Part shown: positions 13,713 to 27,681 of the stretch, one piece after another
Numbering within the stretch: the stretch's first letter is position 1
How the letters are laid out: each line of letters begins with the position of its first letter
Assembly (NCBI RefSeq): GCF_000497125.1
Contig: NC_090601.1
Span: 620,001-684,000, forward strand
DNA: 64,000 nt
Direction: 5' to 3'
DNA from: Spironucleus salmonicida
Lineage: Eukaryota
The notes under the pieces: generated by a model
The model's input: only the letters and a program-made list of their open reading frames with translations
What the model was told of the DNA's origin: nothing
The model's database searches: none
Position numbers and translations under genes: made by a program

Positions 13713-14057
13713 ATGGAATCAAAGTTCAACATAACATTTGATAAACTTTAATCTGTTCTTCGCAAAAATACAACTAACCTTAATCTCTAATATAAAACTA
13801 ACTTGCAGTAAAATTATTCAAGATCGCTACTCTAGCACACCGATTTCAAAGAGACTCGAAACGAAATTTTCGGTTCCGCTCTGGCTCGCAAATCTAAAAT
13901 TATTAAGCCTAGCGTATTGAAAACTTTCGAAAATAGACCGATAGTGGACATAAAGAAAAGCTTATTAGAATCATTTAGTTTCAAAAATCAGCATGAAATT
14001 ATTGAAATTTAAGAGTTTAAGAAGATGGATTTTGCCGTTTTGTTTGAGGACGACTGA
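13713..14057 (+). CDS. Hypothetical protein, 114 aa (MESKFNITFDKLQ...FEDD)
   Basis: aaaATG to TGA open code-6 frame, GC above flanks. Confidence 0.6.
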
Positions 14058-14583
14058 TTAGCAGGATATATATATTAATATAGAGATAGGATTTAATTAA
14101 CTGATAGTGATGAAAAGTAGTAAACTAAATAATAAGCCTGATAAATATAAACAGTGATAGGGAAATTTTACATATAAACATAATAATTAAATTTTTATCA
14201 ATTTAGCGCAAGAACAGATTGTTCAGCAAATATTGATATTTAAATTAATGAGAATAATATCTTAATTATTATATTTTTTATATATTACTTAAATATACTT
14301 GAACAGTTGGTTTCTTTTAGCAAAATAACTAATACATACCACAATTATTTAATTTACATCTCAAATAACAATATACATCCGTCATTAATAAATATTAATA
14401 ATGCTAATTGATTTTGTAGAATTCTATGCTTACTGTTTATTCGAATATACTTGAATATATCTCACTATTAACATACGAGTTTCTCAATTTGTTATTTCAA
14501 ATCAATATAATAATGTACTTTACCAATCATTTTTAATCAAAAACCTAAAATCTGAACTCCCAGCACACCCCAAATACGATAAC

Positions 14584-16023
14584 TCAAACCTTCACTTCCT
14601 CAGCCTGCAATCTCTCTACCACCCCTTTTTCTCGCCTCACGAACCTTCCCACAACCGCCACACGGGTCACGTCGACGATCAGAAGCACGACCTCCTCGCC
14701 CACGCAGAATTGAAGCACTTAACCATCACCGCCCTCGATCAAAACGGTGATCTGGTTAGCAAGTTTTCCTGCGAAACGCCTCCCAAGAAACACTTTTTGG
14801 AGCTCCTCCAAAACCTGCACGCGGTGCACCTGGCCCACGAACTGCTCCCTGTTGAAGTCCTTCACTGCCAGCCTCGCTAGCTCTCCCGTGCGCTGCTTTT
14901 TCACCAATTACTGGATCTGAGTCATCGTGGCGGCCGGCGTGTTCGCCCTGGGGTAGTACTGCGTCACGTTCACGATGTCGAAATTGAGCTGATCCATCAG
15001 GCGTACAGACTCCTGGTGCTGCTCCTCGGTCTCGCTCGGGAACGCGCAGATGAAGTCCGTGGCGATAGCGAGCGCGGGCACGAGCGCCTTCAGCGATGTG
15101 TACAAGCTGACGTACTGCTCCACGGTGTAGCGGCGTCGCATTTCGCGCAGCACGTCGTTCGAGCCCGACTGGACCGGCAAATGCAGGAACTTGTACACGT
15201 TCCGGTGGTTCAGCACCGCTGCCAATTTTTCGGCCTTGTCGATCACAGATTCGGGGTCGGTCATGCCGATTCTGAGCATTTTGGTCGAGTTTCTCTGCTC
15301 GAAAAGGGCCAAAATCGCGGCCAAAATTTCAGCAAAATCTGAGCCGATGTCCAGGCCCCATGCGAGCGTGTCCTCGCCCGTGAGCCAGATCTCGGTGATC
15401 GTGTCGCTGTCCAGTCCCTGCTGGATGCGCTGCAAAACTTCCGCTTTGGGATGCGATTTGAGCTTCCCGCGCGCGTGGAACGTCTGGCAGTACGTGCAGT
15501 TTCCGAGGCAGCCAGTGCAGATCGGAATAATGTCGATATTCTCCTTGAAGCGGATGCTGGGCAGCGCGCTGATTTTTGACTCGATTTCGCTGAGCTTCGG
15601 GATGATGCTCTGAACGTCCTGGCCAGTGAGCTACTGGATGAGTTTCTGGTTCGTTTTGTCATCGATTACGCCGCTCAGGAAGCACTGACCGTCTGCAACG
15701 TATTTGTCGAGTCTGCCGATCTGCTTCAGCGCTTGCGAGACGCAACCGCCCAGGACTACCTTTTTCCCGGCATCCAGGGCCCGCGTGGCCTGAAAAATCG
15801 CCTTCTCCTCCGAGGGAGTTTTAACAGCGCACGAATTGATGTATATGAGATTTGCGGCATCGTATGATGTTATTTTTGCGCCTTGCGATGTCAAAAATGA
15901 CGCTATTTGGTCCGAATCAGACTGGTTGTGCGCACATCCCATAGTTATAACGAAGAAAGTGTAATTTTTTAGAAGTTAGGATGATGGTGTAGTCTGGACG
16001 TAAATCGCGTCTTCGAGGTCCAT
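14584..16023 (-). CDS. CDKAL1: Threonylcarbamoyladenosine tRNA methylthiotransferase (CDKAL1/e-MtaB family, radical SAM), 479 aa
   Basis: MDLED..., UPF0004 domain TMGCAHNQSDSD / INSCAVK / VLGGCV, radical SAM GCLGNCTYCQTFHARG, EIWLTGED, LHLPVQSGS, ATDFICAFPSET, C-terminal TRAM-like region. ORF-track fragments share one frame, joined by TAA/TAG. Confidence 0.93.
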
Positions 16024-16332
16024 TTGCGGAGTGGGTAATGGACATAAAAAAGCAAATAATCATTATTATATCAAATTAATAGTTAAAATTTATATACAAA
16101 ATTTTAAAAGGAGTACAATATCTTTAAAATCATGCATAACATGACTATATAAAGTGATAAAAAGGGTTATTGGTGGATAACTATATAGTTATGAGTTAAA
16201 GTATAATAATTTTACAACCACAAACTATAAATGATTAAATTTTCTAGACTAAAAAATTATAATAAATATATATTACAGATGTATCCTACCTATTTATTTA
16301 TCATTGAATAAAGAAATACTTCATTTTTTCAC

Positions 16333-16773
16333 TCAAATAATATGATAATAAACTTCTCGCATTTTTAATTTCTTTCTCTATTAGAGTACTATAGCAAAAG
16401 TAAGAAACAGCAGTAAAAATATAAGTGCTAGACAACCTCCGACTACCAAAAGTGTTTTAATACACTTGTTTATGGACTAAAAATATATAGTTTCCTCAAA
16501 TATATTATCATCATATTAGAGTTTTATATGTAGTGCTTTATCATGTGTTATGGATTCTAGCATATAATCACATTGTTTATCATCACATATTACCTTAATA
16601 ATATTAAATTCTTACATGATGAACTAAATTTCAACATTTTCTTGATTAAGTGACGAAACAGTCAGAATTGCAAGCTGATCTCGCTTGTATTCGCACCTCC
16701 GGTTATCAAGATTCAATTCTATACCATGAGTTGTCTTTAAGTCAAATATTGTGCAAGCTAAACTCATGAACAT
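16333..16773 (-). CDS. Small type-I membrane protein, 146 aa; paralog of 54868-55317
   Basis: MFMSLACT...RCE...VICDDKQCD...LLVVGGCLALIFLLLFLTFAIVL-QQRKKLK. Cys spacing, transmembrane helix and basic tail match the 54868 gene. Confidence 0.75.
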
Positions 16774-17212
16774 TTTTCAAATTATTGTCTTGTTAAATTT
16801 ACAATTTTATTATATTTCTATATATTCAGAACAATTAAATCTATTTAAATTATGTTAAAGTAACTTAGTTAAGTACAACCAAAATTTAGTGTCATATTAT
16901 TTATATAATGTTTTCCATATTATGTAAAATATTCTATTATTTTCAAAAGTTATGCGAAAAAATATCATTTCCGTGATATTATAATCCATATTTTATTATA
17001 TTTAATTTTAAAATTGTTGCTTTTTAAAATTTGAAAGTTTACATTTTACAGAAGCAGACGTAAATTGATAAACTATTTTATATTTCTTCTCATTTTCAAT
17101 CATAAAAATACTTCTTTCATCAACATTATCCTACAATAATTTATTAAAATAATAAACCATGCAGCAAAATAAAGCATCTATCTGAATATTTACAATGATC
17201 ATTAACCTCCTA

Positions 17213-17740
17213 TCACTTCATCAAATAACCCCTTTCTTTCTCCTCTTCCTCCAAAGCCCGGATATAGCTGTCCCTCACCTGTCGTATTTTGACCAACTTG
17301 GCCTGATTGGCGCCAATAATCTTTTTCTCCTCCTCACCGTAGCTCGTGAATACGCGATTTTCTGCCTCGCGGCGTCTCTGTGCTCTGATTTCTTGCTACT
17401 CAAGCCGATGTATCAGATCATCCCTGCCGAGCTTTTGCGCGATCCGCATTCCGGAGCGCTCGTCGGTCTCGAAGGCCTCACGGTGCGAAAACTGTTTGAT
17501 TTCCGAGGGCGGAATGAAAGGATTTGCTTCGAAATTTGGTATTTTGGGAGTATTTCGCTGCGTATGTGGGGCATTCTACATGGCTTGTGTTTTAAGCATA
17601 TTCTGGGGTGGTTGGCTAAAGCGCGTTTGAGTTGTTGTGAAATTATTTCTAAAGTTTATAGAATTAGATGTTTGTTGATTGTTAAGAATTGATGATCTAG
17701 GTACCGGGAGAATGGTTTTCTTCGTATCTTGATAAGGCAT
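17213..17740 (-). CDS. Hypothetical protein with charged helical C-terminus, 175 aa
   Basis: MPYQDTKKTILPVPRSS...RLEQQEIRAQRRREAENR...ALEEEEKERGYLMK. Ends AAG TGA. Confidence 0.7.
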
Positions 17741-17892
17741 TTTATAAATTAATGCGGAAAGAAATATTATCGTAAATATTATATTATAGTAATAAATTAA
17801 GAAAACTAAATAAATTATTATAATATAAAAAATAATAAATTATGTGAAATTTTGTATTATAATATTATATACTATAATCTGCTATGTTTAAA

Positions 17893-18324
17893 ATGACCTT
17901 TTTCACAGAGATTTCCTTAACATCAAAATTACCAGAATTTCTTCAGAAGAGAAAATAAGAAAACTCTTAAAGTTATAGTAAATTAAAACTAGTTACTTTA
18001 GATCCTATCCTTAATTAGCATTCTTTCTAAAGAAAGTTAGTATAGAAATCAAATGATATTACAACGGTTCAACCACTGAGAAGACGATAGAAACACCATA
18101 AAAAGAAGTAAGAATCTTATTAAGATGAAGATATATTAATTCTTTTTGGGATTTTAAAAGGTAAAGATGAATTTGCGACTTACTTGAAAGAAGTATTATA
18201 AGGCTCTTAAGAAAGATTAGGAAAAGCAGTAATTGATTATTTAAGAGATGTAGGTATTAATGGTGTAAATGATGAAGAGTAAGTTTAATATATTATTAGG
18301 TGTCTGAAATTTGTAAAGAAATGA
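17893..18324 (+). CDS. Hypothetical protein, 143 aa (MTFFTEISLTSKLPEFLQ...)
   Basis: Open code-6 frame from ATG to TGA with protein-like composition. Confidence 0.55.
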
Positions 18325-20493
18325 AAATTATTAGTAATTAATTCAGAATTTATTATTTTAATTATTTAAGTATAACATTTATTAAATTAGGCATAGTTAT
18401 ATTAAGTTTTAGACCATCTTGGACTTATAATAAGTAGATCAGCCTTTCTATTATTATTTAATAATTTCATAGTTTCTATATGAGAAGCAAAATTAAATTA
18501 TAAACTATAAAATTACTTACATATACATCTCATTATATCTAATTTTATAAGAGATGTTCCGGAAAATTTATACAAAATTCAGAATTACCGGTAATCTATA
18601 TTTTATATATATAATATTAATTTTTTGTTTCTAATTATTATTTATAAAATCATATAGTGCGAATATTTTAATTGTATAATTATATGGTTTACTTTTCATT
18701 GTATTTGAATAAACTATCAGATAATATGATAAATGATGCCTATGTTTAATACAAAAACTAAAATTATTGATATTATATATAACATTTATATAATATACAT
18801 TGCTAGTCATTTTTTAGAAATGATCTCAATAGGTAAAATGGTAATATCTTAGTTAAACACTTATGATTGTCCTTACTTTCAATCTATTCATCTATATTAA
18901 GATAAGAAAAAGTTAATTGTTGATGAAATTATTTCAGATGATGAATATGATATTACACTGTGAGGTTTACAATGAATTTTGTATAAATAACAGTTGTCTT
19001 AATAGTATAAAATATATTATAGTAATTTATTAAATTATGATAATAAATATAAAGCCCATTAGTAAGTACATAATTGCATCAAGTAGTAAATATTTTTTTA
19101 AATTTTTTAAGTTATTTATTTAAACATATATCTGATTTTAATAATATGAAATATGAATATAATATAAAAATAAATGTTCGAACACAAGAAAAATAAATCA
19201 AATAATATGATTAATATAAAATATAGTTTAAAAAGACATAACATTTAATGATAATGTTTATACAAACTAAATTTGAATAAATTTATAGTCTTATGAATTT
19301 TAGATGTTTTATCTAAATTAATGATAGTGTAATTTTTATAAATATAATTTTGTTATAAACTTTTAAAATTTGTTTCCTACTTCAATAAAATTTATCTGCA
19401 AAAATAAACTCATATAATCTTATATGAGTGTAAAGGGTAATTTTTTATTTAATTAAAGAAAATTGCTAACCCGGAAAATTTTAATATTTATTTATATATT
19501 AGTAGTCAATATTACATTTTATTATCATCTTAATTTATATAATCAAGATTATGATTATTTTATGTAATAAATATAAACTGTTTTATTAAACATATCATTT
19601 TTTTGCTAGATCTTAAAATAATTAAAAAAAATAATTCTTTTAATACATTTTATTTATTTTGCAAGCCTGCCTATACTAACTGCCAGCAACGGGCCGCCCA
19701 CTCGGCAGCAAGCTCCCTGCCAGTGCCGCCAACCGGAAACTACCTCGTCACGCCACTAGCACCATGCATGTGCAGCTCCGGTGACCACCCGTCCCTGTGC
19801 TTTCGGAGGGGAGCTTCCCAGCGGGCTGAGGCGAGAAGGGAAGGGAAGGGAATGGAATAAAATAGAATGGAATGGGCCTCCGAGCGAAGCCTGCATCGCC
19901 AACGGTGCGCCGCGCGTCCTGCCCTCTAGATATTGCCCACGCGGTGTGGCAGCAACACGGGATGTGGTGATCTAGGGGTGCGGGGCAACCGGGGCGAAGG
20001 ATGACTCTGGCCCTGCCCTCGTGCTAGGCAGATACGGATGCGCCGTTGCTCGTCCCTGCCCGCGTCCACTCTAATCGAGCCACGCATGCAGGAGAGCTAC
20101 CATGCCGGAGTGGGCGCTGGAAGGAGGCCTCCGCCACAGTCCGCCGAGGGATCCCTCGTTGCTGCACCGCCCCGTCCCTGCTGCGATTTACCTGGCAGAG
20201 CAGCTGCTTTCACGCAGACTGCGGCAGGGGCGCTACGGGCTGCGGTCGGGCCACCTAAAGGCCAGAGAACTCATTTCGAAGCGAAGGCTGTCTCACCACT
20301 CCATCGCTTATATACCCGAGCTGGGCCGAGCGAAAAATGTGGGCTAGCCCTCTACGCGGCCAAGTGGACGCTGCCGGCGCGGTGCCAGGGCCGGCAGTCC
20401 TGCACGGCGAGACGCACCTTCAGCCAGACCAGGTCATGCGGCCGCTAGGAGCCGGCTCTCCCGCGTGATCGCACCTGCGTGAATAAACTTTCA

Positions 20494-21516
<1,023 letters not shown>

Positions 21517-23015
21517 TTATACTGGCGGTTAGGGAAAAACTAGAGTTTGTTCAAAATATATAGTTCGCATAATACTATTCGCGCCACATTACATTATTCT
21601 GCGAAACCGTAGTTAGCTATTACCATATTATACCCCCTTATGGAAATTGGGATATTGTTGTTTCCTTATATGCCTAATATACATTTAACCCGCATTCCTA
21701 AATTAGACTCCCGACGAAAGCATTCGGGTTTCACGGAGTCGGCGTCGAGCCCCATTGGCTACCCAAAAGCCACGGTGGGCCCAGAGTCCTCGCCCTGGAG
21801 GATGGCCAGCCCTCGTTGCCCAAAGGCCCACGCAGCTACGGCTATGCCGTCAGGTACTAATGCACGTTACAAGGCACGATTTGCTTCCCAGCTCTCAGCC
21901 CTGACGTCACTGAGAGCCTTGCCCCTGACCTGGGGATATCGGTTCGATGGGCGGTTGGCTTAGTGGCATCTCAAACATTGTATGGTTGGGATCCCCAATC
22001 ACGGCAGCGGCGCCCCTTCACCATACTACAGTCTAGCGAACGCAATACGCCAGAATACCCCATAGCTCGGCATCAGCAAACGCTGAGGGTCCACGAGAGC
22101 CGTGTTTGCACAACTTACCACTCTGCGCGGCGTGTTCAAGGCAGTTTGCTGAGTCTCGGATCTATCCTGCTACGGTAAAATCCCAGTTGGTAGAATCTAC
22201 CCTGGCAAGCTGAATGTAGGCTGCTCTGACCACAATACTAGAAAAAGCATTAAATTATATTGTTCAATCGTCGAGGACCGTCGCCGCTATATGGAATATG
22301 GAGGTGCTGTATCCACTTTCTGGCGAAAGATATGCAAGCCAATCGCATCTCATGCGGGATGTTCGAATTGACATATCCCAGGTACGGGTGTGGTCAGTGG
22401 CCATGTACCGCCAGTCTCGATCTGTTTCTCATAACCATGTTGCGAGTGACAACGGCTGCACTGTCTTGCAGGAGACAAAATACATGATCTTGATACCTCA
22501 AGCTTGGCACCGCAGCAGATGCATGCTCATCTAGATAGTGCGAAGATATCTTGCCAGCATTTTCCCAGCCTGGGCCATGTTGCCCGCTGCTCGTATCAAC
22601 GGCCGTAGACCAGGAAAGGCCACCAAGTTAGCACAGAGCCGCGGCCTGTCGCTAGATAGCTGTAAGGCAACGATTATGCGGGCAGCAGCATCATGCACTT
22701 ATGTTGCTAGCCGCACTGAGTGCAGCCTGCAGGGCTAGGTAGCCCTGGTCTGCCGGTATTTCTTCTGACTAGGTTCCGTAGGGCCCGGGGAAGTAGGCAG
22801 CAGTGCCAGCAGCATGACGGCTGGATCTTGGCACCGTGAACGCTGCAGCCATCCTCGGCATCACCAGGCTTGTGGGGAGTAAGGTCAGCCCACTATAGCA
22901 CCAGGATGAACATTGTAATATTTCGCACCGCGTTCCGCAGCAGACAGCACCAAGAAACTAACCCCGACTTGCCCGCTATCCCCAAGCTGCCTATACACAA
23001 ACCCCAACTTTCCCC

Positions 23016-24737
23016 TCACTCGAAGTTAATCCTGATCAGGTCCTGCACGCCCCGCCGCTTCAGCATGCAGTAGCCCGCGTCTGCGTCCGCCTCGGCCTTG
23101 AACTGGATTTGCGTCATCTCGCCCTGCGCCTTGGCCGTCCGCACCCCCTGGAACTCGCTCTCGGGGAACTTACCCTTGAAGTTCAGGCAGAAGCACGGCT
23201 GGTAGTGCTGGGCCTGAAGCTTGCAGTACTGGCCCGCAACCTCGTTGCCCTCGGCGTCGTTGCAGAGCTCGGCCGAGATCTGGCGGTTTTTGACCCACTT
23301 CCCGCTCCAGCTGCCGATCATGGCCTGCGCCTGCTCCTGGTTGTTGCAGAGCAGGATGCAGTAGTTGTTGAACAGCCGGATGGGGCCCACGCCCTGCACG
23401 AAGGGGTTGTGCAGGGCCCAGCAGAGCAGGTGCGAGGTCTGCGTGTCCTTCAGCAGCTGCGTGAGCTCGCGGATCTGGGCGTCCACGAACACCTTGACGG
23501 GCTGGATCTGCTCCAGGAGCGCCGCGATCTTGTACACGACCTGCGATGGCACCGTTATGCTCGGCGAGGGCAGCGAGTCCTGCAGCTGGACCCTCACGCC
23601 CTTGTTGGGAATCGCGTCGGAGTTAATGAGCAGGAAGCCCTTCAGGCTCACGAGTTTTGCGAGCTGGTTGCTGTTGACCAGCTGCACGTAGTAGTACTGA
23701 ACTTTCTCCTTTACGGTAATTTTATTTTCTTCTATCTGGTATATATTGTTCGTGATGTGGTAAACCGCTTCGTTCTGCACCAACTTGCGGTTTTGGCTGC
23801 AGAACCTCCGGGGCACCTCGCTGTCAAGGCTCGCCACGGGAATCAGCAAGTCGCACGCGTTCGCCGGGTAGCTCTTGGTCAGGTACGGCTTGATGTGCGA
23901 CTTCTCGGCGACCTTCTGCAGGATATCCCCAGAGTTCGCGCGCTGGTTCAGCTTGATGAAAATCGTGTTCAGGGTCGAGTTTCTCACGTCCAGGATGTCC
24001 ATGTGCGGGATGCCGAAATGCTGCGCGATTTCCTGCGGGCACACCGTGTGGAAGTTCACGCAAATCGCGTAGTTCTGGATCTCCTCGAATTTGGAGTGGA
24101 AAACCAAAATCGCAGTGAAATGGTACACGAACTGCTGGAACTTGGCCGGGAACTGGGCCAGGAGCACGTCGACGATCTGGCTCAGCACCTCTAGGCTGTT
24201 CACGGTCTTCACCCCCTGGACCTGGGTGAAGTTCACGTTCTCGAGGACCACGCCGTCGTCGTTGTCGATTTGGCTCTCCTGGAAGGAAGTCTTGCTGAAC
24301 TTCACGGGCCAGAACGTCTGCTTCTGGGGCTGCAGAATCGCCAGGATCTGCTGAAAGTCCACGTTCTGCAGCTGCTTCCCCACCACGCTGGACAGCAGCG
24401 GGCCGCTTATGAGAATGTGCGGGAAGCTGGTCGAGCTCAGCACCATGCGCGAGTCCTCGCCGATGCACAGGAAGACGATCTGGGTCTCGCAGTCCTGCTG
24501 CAGCTGGTTCAGGAAGAGGTCGGTGGTCGGGTACTTCTCGATCATGCGCTCGTTGAGGCGCAGCGACTGGAGCTCCTCCTGCGTGAGCGGCTCGCGGGGG
24601 CGGATCTTCTGCTGCAGCACCTGCCCCTTGACGACGTACTTGGCGCGGATGGCGCGCAAGTTTTGCTTGTAATGCTGGAGCCGAGGGGATGTGAAAATAG
24701 TGAAATCGACTGGGATGAAGGTGACGGCCAGCGACAT
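23016..24737 (-). CDS. Mirror copy of the 573-aa RRM-like hypothetical protein
   Basis: Protein identical to 7290-9011 in the ORF track. Confidence 0.8.
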   Translation of the reverse strand: MSLAVTFIPVDFTIFTSPRLQHYKQNLRAIRAKYVVKGQVLQQKIRPREPLTQEELQSLRLNERMIEKYPTTDLFLNQLQQDCETQIVFLCIGEDSRMVLSSTSFPHILISGPLLSSVVGKQLQNVDFQQILAILQPQKQTFWPVKFSKTSFQESQIDNDDGVVLENVNFTQVQGVKTVNSLEVLSQIVDVLLAQFPAKFQQFVYHFTAILVFHSKFEEIQNYAICVNFHTVCPQEIAQHFGIPHMDILDVRNSTLNTIFIKLNQRANSGDILQKVAEKSHIKPYLTKSYPANACDLLIPVASLDSEVPRRFCSQNRKLVQNEAVYHITNNIYQIEENKITVKEKVQYYYVQLVNSNQLAKLVSLKGFLLINSDAIPNKGVRVQLQDSLPSPSITVPSQVVYKIAALLEQIQPVKVFVDAQIRELTQLLKDTQTSHLLCWALHNPFVQGVGPIRLFNNYCILLCNNQEQAQAMIGSWSGKWVKNRQISAELCNDAEGNEVAGQYCKLQAQHYQPCFCLNFKGKFPESEFQGVRTAKAQGEMTQIQFKAEADADAGYCMLKRRGVQDLIRINFE

Positions 24738-26099
24738 TTTTGGGAAGGGCAACATAAGATAGTATACTATATATAGGCTGAACGTGGTCGCGGAATGCGA
24801 GACTCCGATTGGGGCGCTCGCTGCGAGAAATTGCTTGTGCAGATAGTGCATCGGGCCCAGCCGAGCGCAGTATCTTGAGGCTAAGCTGATGAAAATATGG
24901 GCGTGCAGCTTGATACGCATTAAAGCCTTAGGGTAAATGCAGATTCGCTGAACGAACAACATAGGCGTTTGCCTGGGTTCCGGTATCACCGCTTCCGCTG
25001 GAATCGACAATAAGTTAACAGGGGCGGCACAGGTCGGTAGAAAGATTCAAACCGTCTGGACAATCGTTACTCTCAATATTCTGCAGCAACTCGAGTTTAA
25101 GAGAGCTATCATTATTAAGAGTCAAACCCTTCGCCGACTTTGTTACTTAGCACGCATGCAGCACACTTTATGAGATTTGATACTATCGGGATATTGTGCT
25201 CAGCCGCCTTGTGCAGGTTTAGACCTCATGCTACTTTATGCATTTCGAATATCAGCAGGAAGATGCTTAGATATTCTATAGCAATCATTTATTTTCCGAT
25301 AGTGCCCTTGGAACAGATATGTAAAGACTTTCGGCCTTATAATGTTTAAACAGTATAGTTTCTACTATAAATTGTGAACAATGTGCGCAATAAATTTTAG
25401 TTATAATAAAGAATTGGCATTATATCTATCAAATAAAACTTTACATTTAATATTTTAATATTAGGTAATATCTTTACTGCCACTAGAATAAAGAAACTGT
25501 TGCCCGCCTTAACCAATATTATAATAAATACTACGTGCTAATACGCACAATCATTTACCGTAAATTCAACTTAATAAAACTCAGTATGTTGTTGCAATTA
25601 TACTGAGTCTCCAAAATGGATAGACTCGGATTTTCTGTAATTTTAAATTTGGAGCGAAAGAAACATAGCTAAGACCACCATGCGGGGTGTCTCCCCAGCG
25701 AACTGATGGCATCCCCATATACTATAGACGACGAATTTGATGTGACTATTTGAGCTGAATTACTAATTTTATTTACTCCAGCAAATATTTTATCCTTAAA
25801 TAAATAGAGCGGTTCCCTAATAACATATGTTTGAAATAAAATTACATGATCTTAGTCGGTAAATTAATTATCATAAGTCTAGATAAGTTTTGACGCTGAT
25901 ATGATACCTTCTAAAACTATGTAATAATACGACAGTCTTTTATAAAATATTTTTATTTAATAGTTAGAATATTTATAATGATATACAAAAAAGTAGTTTA
26001 TATTAAAATTCAATGGTTTCTTATACACAACATAAAGTTTCTTAGTTTAATTTATTCTACAGAATCATATTTTATGAATTATAATTATATCGAGAATAA

Positions 26100-26506
26100 A
26101 TGCGCAGAAGGAAATATTTTGCACCTAAGCAAGCCCCATCTAAATACATAACTCCTCCGCCTGATAATTCACCTGCATCAGTAAAAGCAATATTTTGGAA
26201 AAAGAGAGCATTATATGCTAGAGCGGCATGTGAACTCTCTAATACTCTCTCATAATAGAATCCTAACATATTTGAATTTAATGACAAACATATAGAAAAC
26301 TTTTATGACAATGAAGTATTAATTGAAATTTAACTTTTGGGTATACCTCTTTAATAGAAACTTCGAGCTAGTCTTTTCTAGTTAAACTAACTAAAAAAAA
26401 GGCAGACATTATTACAGAATACTACAATTGTATTCTTACTAGGAAAATAATTGTAATTTTAATGATGATGAAACGTTGTAAGGGCTAGTTTAGCTATTAT
26501 GAGTGA
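26100..26506 (+). pseudogene. Paralog of 5532-5939 with a 1-nt deletion in an A8 run (pseudogene or homopolymer error)
   Basis: 407 nt versus 408 nt. Frame breaks at ctaaaaaaaag (26391-26401); homology continues (ADIITEYYNCILTRKIIVILMMMKRCKGQFSYYE) to GAG TGA. Confidence 0.7.
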
Positions 26507-27043
26507 GTAATAACTATAACAGTTAAATTTTATAATTAAGTATTAAAGGGTGCTATTATTAATATAAAAGGATGATTGAAATAATGTTTATATTTTAATC
26601 CAAAATTAATATATTTTTTGATATTATGTATACTTATATTTCAAATTTCAATTTTATGAAGTTAAGTAATAATGATTACTATTTATTTGTAAATTTACTG
26701 ATCATTGCATTTGATAATAATATTATCAAGCATTCTAAATAAACTATTAGCAATATAAGTTTTAGACTCAAATCAATCTAACTATAATTTTTTCACGTGA
26801 TTACAATGACGCATCACTCTATCTAAAAATTAATAAACTAAATCTTATAACCGTCCACACAATCAATAATTCAAGCCAAATTTTGTCTTCCAATAATCAT
26901 TCTACAAGTTAACTTTAAAAAAATTTAATTCACTATAACTTTAATTTCTGAAAACAAAAAAATAAAATACTATTTTTATATATAAATTAGATATTTCTCA
27001 AAACTACAAGTCCATTTTTATACTAAAATCCACAAATCTATAT

Positions 27044-27681
27044 ATGAAAAGGCTGACACGCCTTGCTGTCAAGTACCCAATTGTGTCCATGCTCGACTTC
27101 CACAATAGGCAATCTATCTCCTTTATAAAAACCAAAATACAGTCGTTGCTTTCCAACCAAAAAGTCATAAATTGCGAGATCGTAATTGTTGAGAAAAACT
27201 CAACCAGGTTCCCGATCAATCACAGAAATCGTCGAGGTAGACCAGCTCTACTCGTCACCAGGGATCAAGTACATTTCGCACCAATGGTCGCTGAGCTGCA
27301 TGTTTTGCAACCGCCGCCGAGAAGGATAGGGCCATGAAGTGCTGAAGTGATCAGTTCAGTTTGTCGTTGTCGCAGCGAAGTCACGGTTGCTTTGCCCAGC
27401 AGCTCCGCCAAAACTTCTAGGGTGTTGAGTAAATTTGGTCTTTCTTTAGACTTCAACTGTGTAATCATACCATGGCAGAGTCCATTTAGGGTTTTTTCTG
27501 AGCGGGTACTGATGAAAAAGTCGTCGAATATTATTATAGGACGAAGTACTAAAATGATAATTTTTGGGTGAGGAACATGTTCCAATAAGTGAAAATTGAG
27601 ATTATTGATACATACTTGATTCATCATCCGTATATGGATAACGACTATTTTATCAGCTAGATCCTCATTCCCAAACGGAAA
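27044..27681 (+). pseudogene. Degenerate palmitoyl-protein thioesterase copy
   Basis: YPIVSM...KIQSLLSNQKVINCEI ~ TPIVIM...KIENAFPDRKVINCEV; VIIPWQSPF ~ IITPWQSTF; IFG*G ~ TFGLR; FISQILIPK ~ FIENILIPR. Has internal TGAs, frameshifts and deletions, and lacks GHSQG. Confidence 0.8.

Noticed and set aside
14520-14590. Hydrophobic stretch (IWGVLGVQILGF) past the CDKAL1 stop as a frameshifted tail anchor
   Set aside because: Short, out of frame and bounded by TGAs; no slippery signal identified.
17195-17692. Plus-strand 165-aa ORF
   Set aside because: The minus-strand 175-aa frame has more protein-like composition and an AAG TGA end.
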